Assembly (NCBI RefSeq): GCF_001194135.2
Contig: NC_068988.1
Coordinates: 71,480,802-71,544,801 of the forward strand
DNA from: Octopus bimaculoides
Lineage: Eukaryota
Direction: 5' to 3'
Length of the DNA: 64,000 nucleotides
The stretch's first letter is position 1; every line of letters begins with the position of its first letter. The translations under genes were made by a program, and so were the position numbers. A model generated the notes under the pieces. It saw only the letters and a program-made list of their open reading frames with translations, ran no database searches and was not told the DNA's origin. Positions 41,045 through 53,396 of this stretch are shown here, piece after piece.

Positions 41045-41811
41045 NNNNNNNNNNNNNNNNNNNNNNNNNNNNNNNNNNNNNNNNNNNNNNNNNNNNNNNN
41101 NNNNNNNNNNNNNNNNNNNNNNNNNNNNNNNNNNNNNNNNNNNNNNNNNNNNNNNNNNNNNNNNNNNNNNNNNNNNNNNNNNNNNNNNNTTAATAAATAC
41201 GCAAGGTGAATGCAACGAATATAACAAATTAGAGTTACCTTGTATAAACTACAAAAGCAAGAAAGAGATACCCCTGATATCAACTGATTTCACATTTTGT
41301 ATCTTCATACTCAAGGATCGTCAGCCAGTCTCACTGTATTCATTTATTTTTTTAAATATTCAACACATTACACCGTGCGCGTTTGTTCATCTGTTAATCC
41401 GGTGTTGTTATATTTCTTGCATTCACCGTGCGTATTTATCAATATTGAGACATTTGTAGTTTTGGAGTGTTAGCTCCTCTTTCTAGCAAGTGATACTCTG
41501 ATACCCGACTTTATTCATTTGTATATTTTACCTATATAGATTAAAACCTGCTGCCACTTTATTTAACTTTACACACACACACACATAGTTAATGGTAGTT
41601 AGATAAATAGACAGACATATATAGTGGCTATCGACTCGTTAGACGAGTATGACCATGACTGGTAAATTATCACATTTCTATTTTATGTTCATGTTTCTGG
41701 GACCATGAGGCACAATGGCTTTCAAAAACCAGCAAGTGACTTGCATCTTTTGTTGTAGATACGACATTTATATTCATCTACATGTGTTGCAATCACGTTC
41801 TGAACGCTACA

Positions 41812-42060
41812 TTAATTGTTCGCTCCAATGTGCCATGTTAGTCCAGATCGACTGGAAAATTCGCTACCACATACATCGCAAATCAGACTAGCTGTTAGAA
41901 TTTGATTGTATTCAACATGAGGCTTTCCAGTGTGTTTTCGTAGGTGACTTGTGAAGCCCGGTCTGGAGAGGCAAAGTCTACTCCATTCACCAAACTCAAA
42001 CTGAGGGTTGTCTGCCCATTGTGATTTACGTGGCTGAAACTTCTGATCAGTTTTAGGCAC
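41812..42060 (-). mobile_element. RTE-like LINE 3' coding fragment with C2H2-type zinc finger
   Basis: CLSRPGFTSHLRKH...CDVCGSEFSSRSGLTWH resembles RTE C-termini. Confidence 0.55.
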
Positions 42061-42079
42061 ATGTAGCGTGAAAGCAGGT

Positions 42080-42370
42080 GAATTAGTGGTTAGGGTATTC
42101 GGCTCACGATCGTAAGATCGTGAATTCGATTCCCAGCGGTGCTTTGTGTCCTTGAACAACTAACTTTATTTCACGTTGCTCCAGTCCACTCAGCTGGCAA
42201 AATGAGTAGTACTCATAATTGAAAGGGCCAGACTTGTTACATTTTGTGTCACGTGGAGACTCCCTGAGAATAACGTTAAGGGTACACGCATCTGTTGAGT
42301 TTCATTCACAGCAGGCTGTTCCACTGATCGGAACAATTGGAACCCTCGTCGTCGAAACTGACGGAGTACA
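42080..42370 (+). mobile_element. tRNA-derived SINE family E
   Basis: Head tagtggttagggtattcggctcacgatcgtaagatcgtgaattcgattccc; body ...ggaaccctcgtcgtcg...gacggagt; other copies at 53462-53830 (-), 38150-38300 (+, partial), 52040-52150 (-, partial). Confidence 0.8.
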
Positions 42371-42944
42371 ATAAGATGAAAGGAGGGTCACGATCTGGTA
42401 TCCACTGTCTTGTCCTTCTGCTTATGTGCGATACTTTTTGAACTTCCTCGAAACAATCCATAGGATAATATACACTTTAGTGGCATTTAATTGATCACTT
42501 TTACCTCCGATGTCTTTTTTCCAATAAATGTACTTATGTAAGGATGTGTAGATCAATTCATGTGTGGATCAGTTCATTCAGTATTTGGAATCTGTCAAAA
42601 TCGGTTTTCAAGATCAAAAATCTAATACCCCCGCACCATCCAGTAAACGAAAGCCGATGATATATCATGTAGCTAAATGTTTGTGCATGTGTTCTCTTGT
42701 GTTTTGAATTATTTGAATTCTTCCTTTGAGGAAGAAGCTGATTTCAAATAAACATACAAAATTTCATCGCGAGAACGTTGATAACAAAATAAAGTTACAT
42801 TTTAAACTTTGGAAATGTGCGTGCGTAAAACCAATATTTTTTTAACATCATTTAAAAAAAACCCAAAGAATAAACAAAATTTTGCCGATATGGAAGTATT
42901 TTATATAACAAAAAGGTAAAGCTAACTTCTCGAGTTCTTCACCT

Positions 42945-43095
42945 GGATGGGACGTCGGTCCGTCGCAGGGTTTCTCACTTTTGCTAGCTGAATGGCTTGG
43001 AACAACTCTCAAGGACACAACGCATCGCCCGGTCCAGCGATCGAAAGTACAATCTTACGATCACGAGTCCAGCACACTAACCACAAAGCCACGTG
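42945..43095 (-). mobile_element. SINE with tRNA head and V/Meta-domain-like core
   Basis: Reverse complement contains ccctgcgacggaccgacgtcccatccaggtg, resembling the CCCTGCGATGGACTGGC.TCCC.TCCAGG core. Confidence 0.55.
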
Positions 43096-43230
43096 CATCC
43101 ACATTATATATATATATATGTGTGTGTCTATGTATATAAAAGTGTGTGTGTGTGTGTTTGTGTGTGTATATATGTGTGTGTGACTGTGTCTCTGTGTGTA
43201 AGCATATATATGTATATATACGTATATGTG

Positions 43231-43269
<39 letters not shown>

Positions 43270-43579
43270 GTGTTTGTGTGTATGTGTGCGTTTGTGTCTA
43301 TCTATCTATCTATCTATCTATTTATCTATCTATCTATCTAGCTGTATCTATAAGGTTTCGTATTCGACTTGCGAATGCAGCGAGGTCATTTTACCTTTAT
43401 CTTACAAAGAATTCATGCTGTAAGCCAACCTAGACCAATCCTATCAGTGAACTTTTAAAGAGACAGTTTTGATGCGTGATGAATAACAAATGACGTTATA
43501 ATTCCGTTAATGAATTCGTAGCATAACGAGTACAATTGAAAACGGTATATAGCGGCTTCTTTGTTTATTGAGAACTTAC

Positions 43580-43674
43580 GATGAAGCGAAGAATGACTGA
43601 ACAAAATTGTACTTCATTCAACAGGCCAGAAGAAATGCCGATTCGGGCGTTTTGCAACACGATATCAATAAAAA
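43580..43674 (-). CDS. Candidate isolated 95-nt internal exon, product unknown
   Basis: tgtgtgcttgcag acceptor and GTAAGT donor; only one frame open (FIDIVLQNARIGISSGLLNEVQFCSVILRFI); no recognisable homology. Confidence 0.2.
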
Positions 43675-44622
43675 CTGCAAGCACACAGACACATACACAC
43701 AAACACACATACCCACAAACACGCACACAGACACCTACACATGCGCGCTCACAGACGGTCGCGCGCGTGCACACACATGAACGTATGTATTTACATAGGC
43801 TACTTTGAATCTATACAAATTTGTCAAAAATTGTACGGCTGCCTTGGCACCTAGTCCTTTATTGAAAATTGTATAATTAGATAGTTACAAATGTAAGTGT
43901 CTATGTATATAGGTATATATGAACATACGTAAATTCATACATATGTAAACATATATATATATAATTATAATTATTGTAAAATCTGGTAATTAGTCATATA
44001 TTAAAGATACCGGAGTAAGCCCATGAAATGTGCAACAAGGTGGAAAAAAGAGTACTCAAATACCAGAGGTAGAGTAACATATATATATAATATATATATA
44101 TACGTCATGGCACGTATTTCTATCTATGTGTGTATGTAACTATAAGTATATATACTGACGTGTCCGTTTCACAAACTAAAACTTTGAAACAACTCTCAAA
44201 CTATTATTGCTACATTAGTAAATTACTTGCTAGTAGTGTAGTTGTGTTCGACTGATTCTTTTCTGAAAGAGCCGTATTTCGTAATTCGCATTGAGGCTAT
44301 GAGTTTCAGAAACAATTATTTCAGTAACAACATTGAAGAATCTATAGATTTTTGCTCAGTTAGCCAGAGGCACTTTCATTTCTATTAACATTTGAAGTCC
44401 TCTTAACGCCTTCTGGATAATATTTCACGGGATTCCATGACATTCGACACAATTTTTTACAGAACATTGAATCACTGGTCAAAACGTTTCCAGGCATGAC
44501 TATCTCTTTTTTTCACTTATACCACAAAATTTAACGTAATTTTACATATATTCTTATAAAAATTTGGGGTATAATTGAGGTCGATGGTGATGAATATATG
44601 CGTTATATACACGCGCGCGCGC

Positions 44623-44663
<41 letters not shown>

Positions 44664-45494
44664 ATGATGATGGATATAAATGAATGTGATATATGTGTGA
44701 TGGTGGATATATATGTATACATATATATATGTATGTATATATATATNNNNNNNNNNNNNNNNNNNNNNNNNNNNNNNNNNNNNNNNNNNNNNNNNNNNNN
44801 NNNNNNNNNNNNNNNNNNNNNNNNNNNNNNNNNNNNNNNNNNNNNNNNNNNNNNNNNNNNNNNNNNNNNNNNNNNNNNNNNNNNNNNNNNNNNNNNNNNN
44901 NNNNNNNNNNNNNNNNNNNNNNNNNNNNNNNNNNNNNNNNNNNNNNNNNNNNNNNNNNNNNNNNNNNNNNNNNNNNNNNNNNNNNNNNNNNNNNNNNNNN
45001 NNNNNNNNNNNNNNNNNNNNNNNNNNNNNNNNNNNNNNNNNNNNNNNNNNNNNNNNNNNNNNNNNNNNNNNNNNNNNTCCTATTGCCAGGCTTCTGCCTC
45101 AAAAGTTATAATATAGTTTAATATACTTTTGAACTCAATACTCGTTTATCCTAATAAAAATATTGTTCCCAATCATGTAGATGATAAATCTCTATGCATT
45201 CTTATAATTCAAAAGAAACAAATGCCAGTTTTTGTGTAAAAGAGGTTCTTCCATTAACCAGAGATTATCATGGTTGCATACAAACTTCTTATTCTTTATC
45301 TCAATAATCTGATTTATAAATTGAAGATAGACTGTAGAGTTTGCATATAGAATGCAAGTAAATAAAAGCTTGAAGAAAATTATAAAGACATACATACTGC
45401 AATGTTTATTCAAGAATCACAACAAACACTAACAATTAAGTATATATTATCATAGTAATGCAACATCTTCATTATAACTATTCATGATCATTAT

Positions 45495-45600
45495 TTATAT
45501 TATTTACATTTGATGGATATTTGTCCTCATCTTGTTTGTTGTTAACACAACGTTTCGGTTGATATACCCTCCAGCCTTCATCAGGTGTCTTGGGGAAATT
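45495..45600 (-). mobile_element. Penelope-like element terminal fragment
   Basis: Reverse complement ...ccccaagacacctgatgaaggctggagggtatatcaaccgaaacgttgtgttaacaacaaacaagatgaggacaaatatcc; hammerhead-bearing end typical of PLEs. Confidence 0.65.
45544..45589 (-). ncRNA. Minimal type I hammerhead ribozyme motif
   Basis: gacac-CUGAUGA-aggcug...caacc-GAAA-CG-U-U-guguu; helix III is the ACGU palindrome; predicted cleavage triplet GUU. Confidence 0.7.
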
Positions 45601-46767
45601 TTGGGGGACAAATTTCAAACTATTCACTGCAATATTTTTTGGTGCCATAATTGCCCTTTAGATATAGAGTTACTCACTGTCGATCGTTGTATTGGTATAC
45701 ACTCAACTGATGAGACAGGTGTTCGGACTGACGGTGATATGGTAAACTGAGTATGTTTTGATTATTAAAATATTCCTTTTGCAATGCATAAGATTACGTT
45801 GTAAAGTCTATAATGAGATATGCATTGTTGAAGTTTTGTAATACACTTATTCCAAGAACACATACTTAAATTTTATATATCTTGCATGAAAAGTGGATGT
45901 ATTTGCACTTTCAAAGGGGCTCTGTCCTGTGTTATAAACCCCTTAGGAGGTGGGGGTTAAATAATATTGTAAGATGGTGGAATGTTGGAAATCATCTTTA
46001 TTAATACCTAGTAGTTATGTTGTTATTTTCATTGAAATCAGAGGTTTTTGAAATTTCACACAGGGTGTTTTCCCCGCTTTAAGCCCCCAAATCGCAATGG
46101 AAAGTAAATTTTATGTAGCTCATCGTCTTTCTCGTAAGCTTTTACATGAGAACACATACTTTGTTTTTATGTATCTTCTATTTCCTTTCGTCCTATAGAT
46201 GCAGTTACACAGACACACAGACGTTGAGCTTTATTATATGATATATACATCTGTGTGTGTGCGTGTGTGTGCGTGTGTGTGTGTGTGTGTGTGTCTGTGC
46301 ATTCTTCTTATAATATCACCAGAAACACTGAAGGGACATGTTACGCACCAGTTGGAACTCATTTAAACCATAAACGTTGGAAAAAGCAAATATCCAAGTA
46401 AGAACGCTAGCCTTATCAACTATATATGCATTAGTTCAAGGTGATAATATCATGTTTTGATGATTGTAGGCTTCTGAAACCTATATTGTATAATAAATTG
46501 GTTTCTTATAAGCAGTCGAATTCAAATTAAGATAGAAAATTTGTAACATCATGAAACAAACCCACAGAAATATCTTGCAATCAGTAAACAGAAATGGAGA
46601 TCTGTAGCTAGGAAGCGTTGTTTGCAATTTCGGGGAAAATTAATTGGACATCAAATGGTAAACAAAACGCCCTAAAATTCTAGCATGCTGAGTCCGTATG
46701 GTAGAGAAGACTCAGAAGTGAAAGTATCTCTCTTTATGCGCGTATTATTAGTTTATCAGCCGGTTTT

Positions 46768-47310
46768 ATTCTTTTACTCTTTTACTTGTTTCAGTCATTT
46801 ATTTGACTGTGGCCATGCTGGAGCACCGCCTTTAGTCGCGGAAATCGACCACAGGATTTATTCTTCGTAAGCCTAGTACTTATTCTATCGGTGTCTTTTT
46901 GCCGAACCGCTAGCTTACGAGGACGTAAACACACCAGCATCGGTTGACAAGCGATGGTGGAGGGACAAACACACACGCACACACANNNNNNNNNNNNNNN
47001 NNNNNNNNNNNNNNNNNNNNNNNNNNNNNNNNNNNNNNNNNNNNNNNNNNNNNNNNNNNNNNNNNNNNNNNNNNNNNNNNNNNNNNNNNNNNNNNNNNNN
47101 NNNNNNNNNNNNNNNNNNNNNNNNNNNNNNNTATACATATATATACGACAGGCTTCTTTCAGTTTCCGTCTACCAAATCCACTCACAAGGATTTGGTCGG
47201 CCCGAGGCTATAGTAGATGACACTTGCCCAAGGTGCCACGCAGTGGGACTAAACCTGGAACCATGTGGTTGGTAGGCAAGCTACTTACCACACAGACACT
47301 CCTGCGCCTA
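46768..47310 (-). mobile_element. SINE family A full copy with gap in the internal microsatellite
   Basis: Close to the family consensus seen across the window; N-gap between the two modules. Confidence 0.9.
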
Positions 47311-47379
47311 TAAGAATAATAATAAGAAGAAAACAGAGGAGCACGAGGTCTCATCACATCCATCCGTTCAGTACTGAAG

Positions 47380-50300
47380 TAAACACATTTGCAGTGGTCT
47401 GAAATTGTATTTTAGAGCATTAGGAAAATTACAATCTTTGTTGCAGTCTATAATTCTACTACACTTCCAAACGTCAGTTTTGTTATTTTTGGGAGACTAC
47501 TGGTGGAGAGAGAAACACAAACTGCTTATAGTGGAACTATAGGCACATAGACGTCTTGTGATTGTCTCCTGCCATATCATCTCTCAAGCTTAGCGTAATT
47601 ATTATTAAAGTAGAAACTTTTTTTTTTTATACAGCTTTCAGAAAGTATTCGTATCTTCTCAAGAATTAGAAGAAGTTTCAATCCACTGTGGACTGTTCTT
47701 TCTCCCATAAGCAAATCTGCATCTATTCTTGTAGTGGCATAAGAAAGGACAGTTTTGTTAAAGTTAATCAGATAAATAATCAAAGTGTTGTAGAAGTATG
47801 TTTTGCCTCAGCCGCCCGAACCATCCAAATAGAAAAAAATGTTTCCTTAGCACCATCACTTTTTATAACAGTCAGAATATCCTCAAACATTTCACGGTAC
47901 TTTTTATTTAGCGTTGCTACGTGCCTATCAGCTTCATCAGTCCAGTCCTTGTATTGGCATTTTCAATGTTTTCTCTAGTTATCTTCATGTGTACGACAGG
48001 CAGATTTGAGTCCTGGCAGCGTAAACCACGTAAAAAGAGAATTGAACCTAAACATTGCAAAGCTTTCTACACATTAATTTCTCTTGTATCTATTCAGGCA
48101 TATTCTTCAATGACGCTTCTTCAAATTGAGAGTACAATTCTGCAGTGTCATTGGGGCTATTAAAACTACAAATTAGGGCAAAAAACAGCCTCTGTTTTGC
48201 AGGCATCTGAGCAATAGCTGCTTCTATCACGCATTTCCTCCGCTCATCATCATTCTGCAGTAAGTTACTTTGATTTGCACGTTCAATATAACTGTTATAT
48301 TGTACATCATCAACTGTCATAAGATCATCAAAAATGCAACCTCCTTTAACATGTAACAATAACAACCTCAGATGAAATCTTTCTTCTTTTGGGCTTACAG
48401 AATAAAGTCTTGAAATAATTTTCTCTCTTTTGCGTAGTTTTCAAAGAGTCGTGTTTTTGTGAAAAATTTAATGGTAATTATATAAGAGGTATCTTGCATT
48501 TTTATATTATTGATTAGTGACAAAGCATATTGTTACGACAGACGGCTCTATAAATGGATCTTTTTCATTCTCTGAAAGAAGACAGCTTCTTGCTGTCGCA
48601 AATTCATTGGCAAGCATATGATAACTTGAGGTCTGTCGTGCATTTTGTTTTCAAGCAAGTGCCACATCACTTCAGGGGCACACCAATATCTTCCGTCAAG
48701 ATGGCGCTTGACTTCATTGTGTACAACTTCATTGTCTTTTCATTTATATCAAGTTTAATGGTATCATACCCTTTATATAGGTACTTGAATATGCATTCCA
48801 CTGACTTGATAGTTGAACATATTTCCATATTTACGTGGATATCGAATTTATAACATTGGTACGTGTTATAGGAAACCACATATTTATTATCAATTGTACA
48901 GTTATCAATTTGTATACTTGTTTCCATGCATACTCATTGTTATTTACGCTTTTTTCCTGTAGAAATTCTTAAGGAATCATTTTTTGACAGTGTCTATTCT
49001 CCCTACAAGATGTTGTCTGGTTTCCTTCACCACCAAGTCCATATTTCGTGCATTTTTGTTTATAATATCCTGAAGCAAAAACTTCAGATTGAACATCAGA
49101 AATTTCAACGTTTTGCAATGTGTCTTTCAACTTATCATCTGGATGTAATATTATCAATATATGGGCATGTAGCAAACCACTTTTTTGAAATTCAGTGGTG
49201 TACAAATGAGTTATAACTCTACTGGAAACGTACCTTTTTGTAACATCATCCAAAAGTAGTTTTAGTTTCAGTTTGAAAGACCTTTTCTACTGGATATGCT
49301 CTGCTTGATGGATTTTGTCCATGAAATGAGTTATCTTTAATTTCGGGTCAGTTTGGATTAGATGTTATTATAATGAAAATATCAGGTTTTCCATGTGGAA
49401 GTACTTTCGCTTTTGCGTCATGAGAACATTCTTGCGTGTTTGGTGGGGATCTTTGGAACGAAGGTAGAAGAATAAGTGAGCGTCCAGTCTGAATTCCAGC
49501 ATCTTTAGCAATATTATTTAAATTAGCAGCTAAGCCGCTGTAAAGATTGTTTAATTTGTTTGTTAAGCAGTCATTTCTTTTGGTTTTTATTCGTCAAAGT
49601 TCTTTCGTTGTCATTTGCAACCGTTTCTAACAAAACAAGCGACTGACTGTTTTAACCAACAAATTGAATAAACAATCGATTAGTTCGTTGGATATTTAAC
49701 AAATTGTCTAATAATAAAGGAGTGAATTTGATTAATAACTCTCCCTAAACACAACGAAAGTATATGTCATTGAGTCCAAATTTGGACTCAAAATATTGAG
49801 ATTAACCCATTACCTCCCATAATTCTATTAATTGGAATTTCTTTTATGAAACTTTGATTTCTAGCATAAAACAGCCTCAGAAACATGCTGGAATAATCAA
49901 AATAACATTTCAAAATAACATTTTAAAGAGAAATAAGCGAGATATTGGGTGAAAAATAAGCAAACCTCATTTGAATATCAGAGAAATATACCTAGTAGAT
50001 ATAGCAAAAAGGTTAGATATGTGTAAATATTGACAGATAATTACGAAATTTGTAATTTTTAAGTGACCTCATATGAGATCACTGGTAGGTAATGGGTTAA
50101 TCATGATATATCATGATTTGTTGGAAAAACTCGAAAATCTCTATTGAAAATCTCTCCATCTGAATTTCTAAAAATTATAGAAACTAAATCCACAGCTATA
50201 TCTTCTCTTAACTGTACTATGGTCTCTGTTAAAACAATATTTACTGCAGGTATAGGCCTTCTGTCTTGGCATGCACGTTCTTCTTTCTCAATTTCAACTT

Positions 50301-51170
50301 CTTTAATAGCTTTAAAGTTTACTTCATAGACGTTGATTTTTATGTATAACTGTCCAACGTTGCCATTATTTCAGTTATACTTTTTTTATTTGAATTATTC
50401 CCTGTTCCTGCATAATAAGCTTCTGCAGCATCAACGGTATTTTTTGGCCACTAACTGCCTTCGTTCACCATCAACTGGATGCGTATGTGATGTTCCGTGA
50501 TACATTTTTCCATCAGCTCTTCCAGGGGGTTCTGCCAAGTGTGCGCCCGTCGATGTAAAGGACAATGCAAAGTCATATGACCTGATATTTCCTTTGAAAT
50601 TATCGTAATAAGGATTATTGGGATCCGATAATAGAGATTTCAAGTACGTCTCAAACAGAAGGAAGAAATTTTCCTTTATGACAGCAATTGTTAAAGTTGT
50701 CGTCAGAAAATGTTTGGTCATGCAAAACTGACACAGGAAATTCATATTTCCACAATAATCTTGTTCAAAGTATCCCTCATTGTATGTTGAATTATACACT
50801 CCTTCTGTAAAATGGTCTTCATGTCGAGTGGCTCTCATTCTTTCGGCATTCTACTGCCTTCTGTTGTTGCACTGATTTTCATCTCGTTTTCATCCTTCTG
50901 CTGTTCCTGTTTAATGCTCCTCCAAGCATATTTCTTGTAATCGCTTGCTCTTCATTTTTCCTTTGGCATCTGAAAGCAACTGTATCTCTGACTTGAACGC
51001 TTTCTTTTTCCATTTGACTTCTCACGATTAGATTTTCGTTTAGTTCCTAATTGTTCTTGATTTAAATTAGATCTTCGTTTTCTCTGTCTTTCCCTCGCTA
51101 ATATTCTTTTTTCAGGTGCTGATTCCATATCAGCAATATAATAAATATATATACACGTACAGTGTGTGAA
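47380..51170 (-). mobile_element. Decayed autonomous-type Helitron (RepHel)
   Basis: N-terminal ARERQRKRR; Cys motif CGNMNFLCQFC; Rep motif 2 TTEFQKSGLLHAHILIIL; motif 3 region IDNKYVVSYN...STIKSVECIFKYLYKGYD; PIF1 region YATTRIDADLLMGERTVHSGLKL; many stops and frameshifts. Confidence 0.92.
49806..50096. mobile_element. piggyBac-type MITE inserted in the Helitron
   Basis: TTAA at 49802-49805 and 50097-50100; TIRs cccattacctccc / ggtaggtaatggg. Confidence 0.85.
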
Positions 51171-51394
51171 CAATCAGATATGTTGGTAGAGCTTAACATG
51201 GTTTTGATCAAGCCAGCCTCTTGCTAATCTGAGTTTCATTTGTGACCGCATAAAATCTTCAGGCAAGTTGTCACAACTTATCTTAAGATCCTGTCCACCT
51301 GCTGGTGGAACTCAGAGTAGCGAGTCCAGATAAAGTCAGGCTGACTCCACCAAACATTTATATAAACAGGCATAGGGATGGCTGTCTGGTAAGA

Positions 51395-51628
51395 AGCGGT
51401 GAGCTGGCAGAAACATTAGCACGCCGGGCGAATTGCTTGGCGGTATTTCGTCTGTCTTTACATTATGAGTTCAAATTCCGCCGAAGTCGACTTTGCCTTT
51501 CATCCTTTCGGGGTCGATAAATTAAGTACCAGTTACGCACTGGGGTCGATGTAATCGACTTAATCCCTTTGTCTGACCTTGTTTGTCCCCTCTAAGTTTA
51601 GCCCCTTGTGGGCAATAAAGAAATAATA
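51395..51628 (+). mobile_element. SINE family C copy
   Basis: Consensus-like sequence ending gggcaataaagaaataataag. Confidence 0.9.
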
Positions 51629-51629
51629 A

Positions 51630-51972
51630 GTTGCTTCCCAACCACATGGTTACAGGATCAGTCCCAATGCGTGGCATCTTGGGCAAGTTTCTCCAACTAT
51701 AGCATGGGGCTGACTAAAGACTTGTGAATGGATGTGGTAGTTGGAAACTGAAACTTTTCGCATGTATGTATGTATACATATGTGTGTGTGTCTTTGTGTC
51801 TGTGTTTGACAACCGATTTTGGTATGTTTACGTCCAGCAATCTAGCGGTTTGGTAAAAGCATCCGATAGAATAAGTAGCAGGCTTTCAAAAAATAGCTAT
51901 TAGCGTCATTCATTCGACCAAAAACTATTTAGGGCGATGCTCCAGAATGGGTGCAGCCTGATGATTGAAACA
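51630..51972 (+). mobile_element. SINE family A copy lacking the extreme 5' end, directly after family C
   Basis: ttgcttcccaaccacatggtt... through ...gctccagaatgggtgcag. Confidence 0.8.
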
Positions 51973-51999
51973 ATTGAACGATATATGTATATATGTACG

Positions 52000-52030
<31 letters not shown>

Positions 52031-52594
52031 GTGTGTGTATATAAAAACTAAAGCAGCACTCCTTGGGTTACAAAGGCGAGGGTTCCATTTGATCTGACCA
52101 ACTGAACAGCCTGCCTGTGAAATTAACATGCACGTTAGTGAGTACTACGGCTCATACACTCCTCTCTATACACTTTACATATTTACTCCCTTTTTCAAGT
52201 ATGTACGTCAGGATGTTAGTGTTTTTATCCCTGCTGTTTCCTCAACTTGTAAGCTGATGGATATATGCACGTCTACGAATTTCCGTTTGCATGTGCATAC
52301 ATACATATGAATACATGTGTCCCATCTGCCTGTCAAATTTCTTAATAACACACATTAGTTATTCCGCATCATGAATATAACTTGCAAACAATCACTGAAA
52401 ACAGTCACAAACACTCACACATACACACACAATACAGGCAACACCACACAAGCTTCACTTTCCTTATACAAACACAAAACGTATGAATGTATGTGTATGT
52501 GTGTGTAAGAGAGTGTGGGTGTGTAAGAGAGAGTGTGTGTGTGTGTGTTTGTGTGTGTTTGTGTGTTTGTGTGTGTGTGTGTGTCTGTGTGTCG

Positions 52595-52672
<78 letters not shown>

Positions 52673-53049
52673 TGGCACAAATAGAAATTTGCACTTTCAT
52701 ATACACAGTGGTTGAATGAGAAACATAAATATTGGCTTAGCTATTTCATTACATTATGGACAGAAAATCAAAGTCTGTGGACAATTAAGTTTCTCGTGTT
52801 GTATTTACGAACACAGCGGGTGAGGCACTAAATACTCTCTCAGCGTGTTAGTAATTTTCCCTCAGATCACGCCTTACCACATAAAATAAGGAAAAAACAC
52901 AAAAATGCAGTCATAAATGCCTCGCCAAATGACAGATAGGTTAAGGCCAATACTCTTTGGATCATAGTTGACCTTCTACACGAAGTCTACAAGGAGATGA
53001 GTATCCCATAGACACATGTATTCCAAACAACAAAAAGAATCGGCGGTAG

Positions 53050-53240
53050 CCAATATGTTATTAGTCTGGACCTTTGAATCAGAAGTGGATTCTTTCTGAC
53101 CAGCTTCTTCCTAATCCCCGCGACATGATTTTAAGCGCAAGGCTGAGATCACCGTACCGCTACGTTAGAGGATATTTGCAAAAGATGGCTCCGACAGGGA
53201 CTGAGACTGGCACATCATGAGGCGAAGCGAATGTTTTCAT
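53050..53240 (-). mobile_element. tRNA-derived SINE, further family
   Basis: Reverse complement ggttgaatgatgaaaacattcgcttcg...cagtctcagtccctgtcggagcca is a decayed tRNA-like head ending in CCA. Confidence 0.45.
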
Positions 53241-53365
53241 CATTCAACCATGCCTATATATATATATATATNNNNNNNNNNNNNNNNNTATACATACACA
53301 CACACACATATATGTATGTTCAAATATATATAGATATATAGTCGAAATGTGTATGTAGGTGCATA

Positions 53366-53396
<31 letters not shown>

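Noticed and set aside
45707-45735. CTGATGA followed by a short hairpin on the plus strand
   Set aside because: No GAAA and no helix I partner
53050-53240. tRNA-like sequences at SINE heads
   Set aside because: No intact cloverleaf; these are SINE promoters, not tRNA genes
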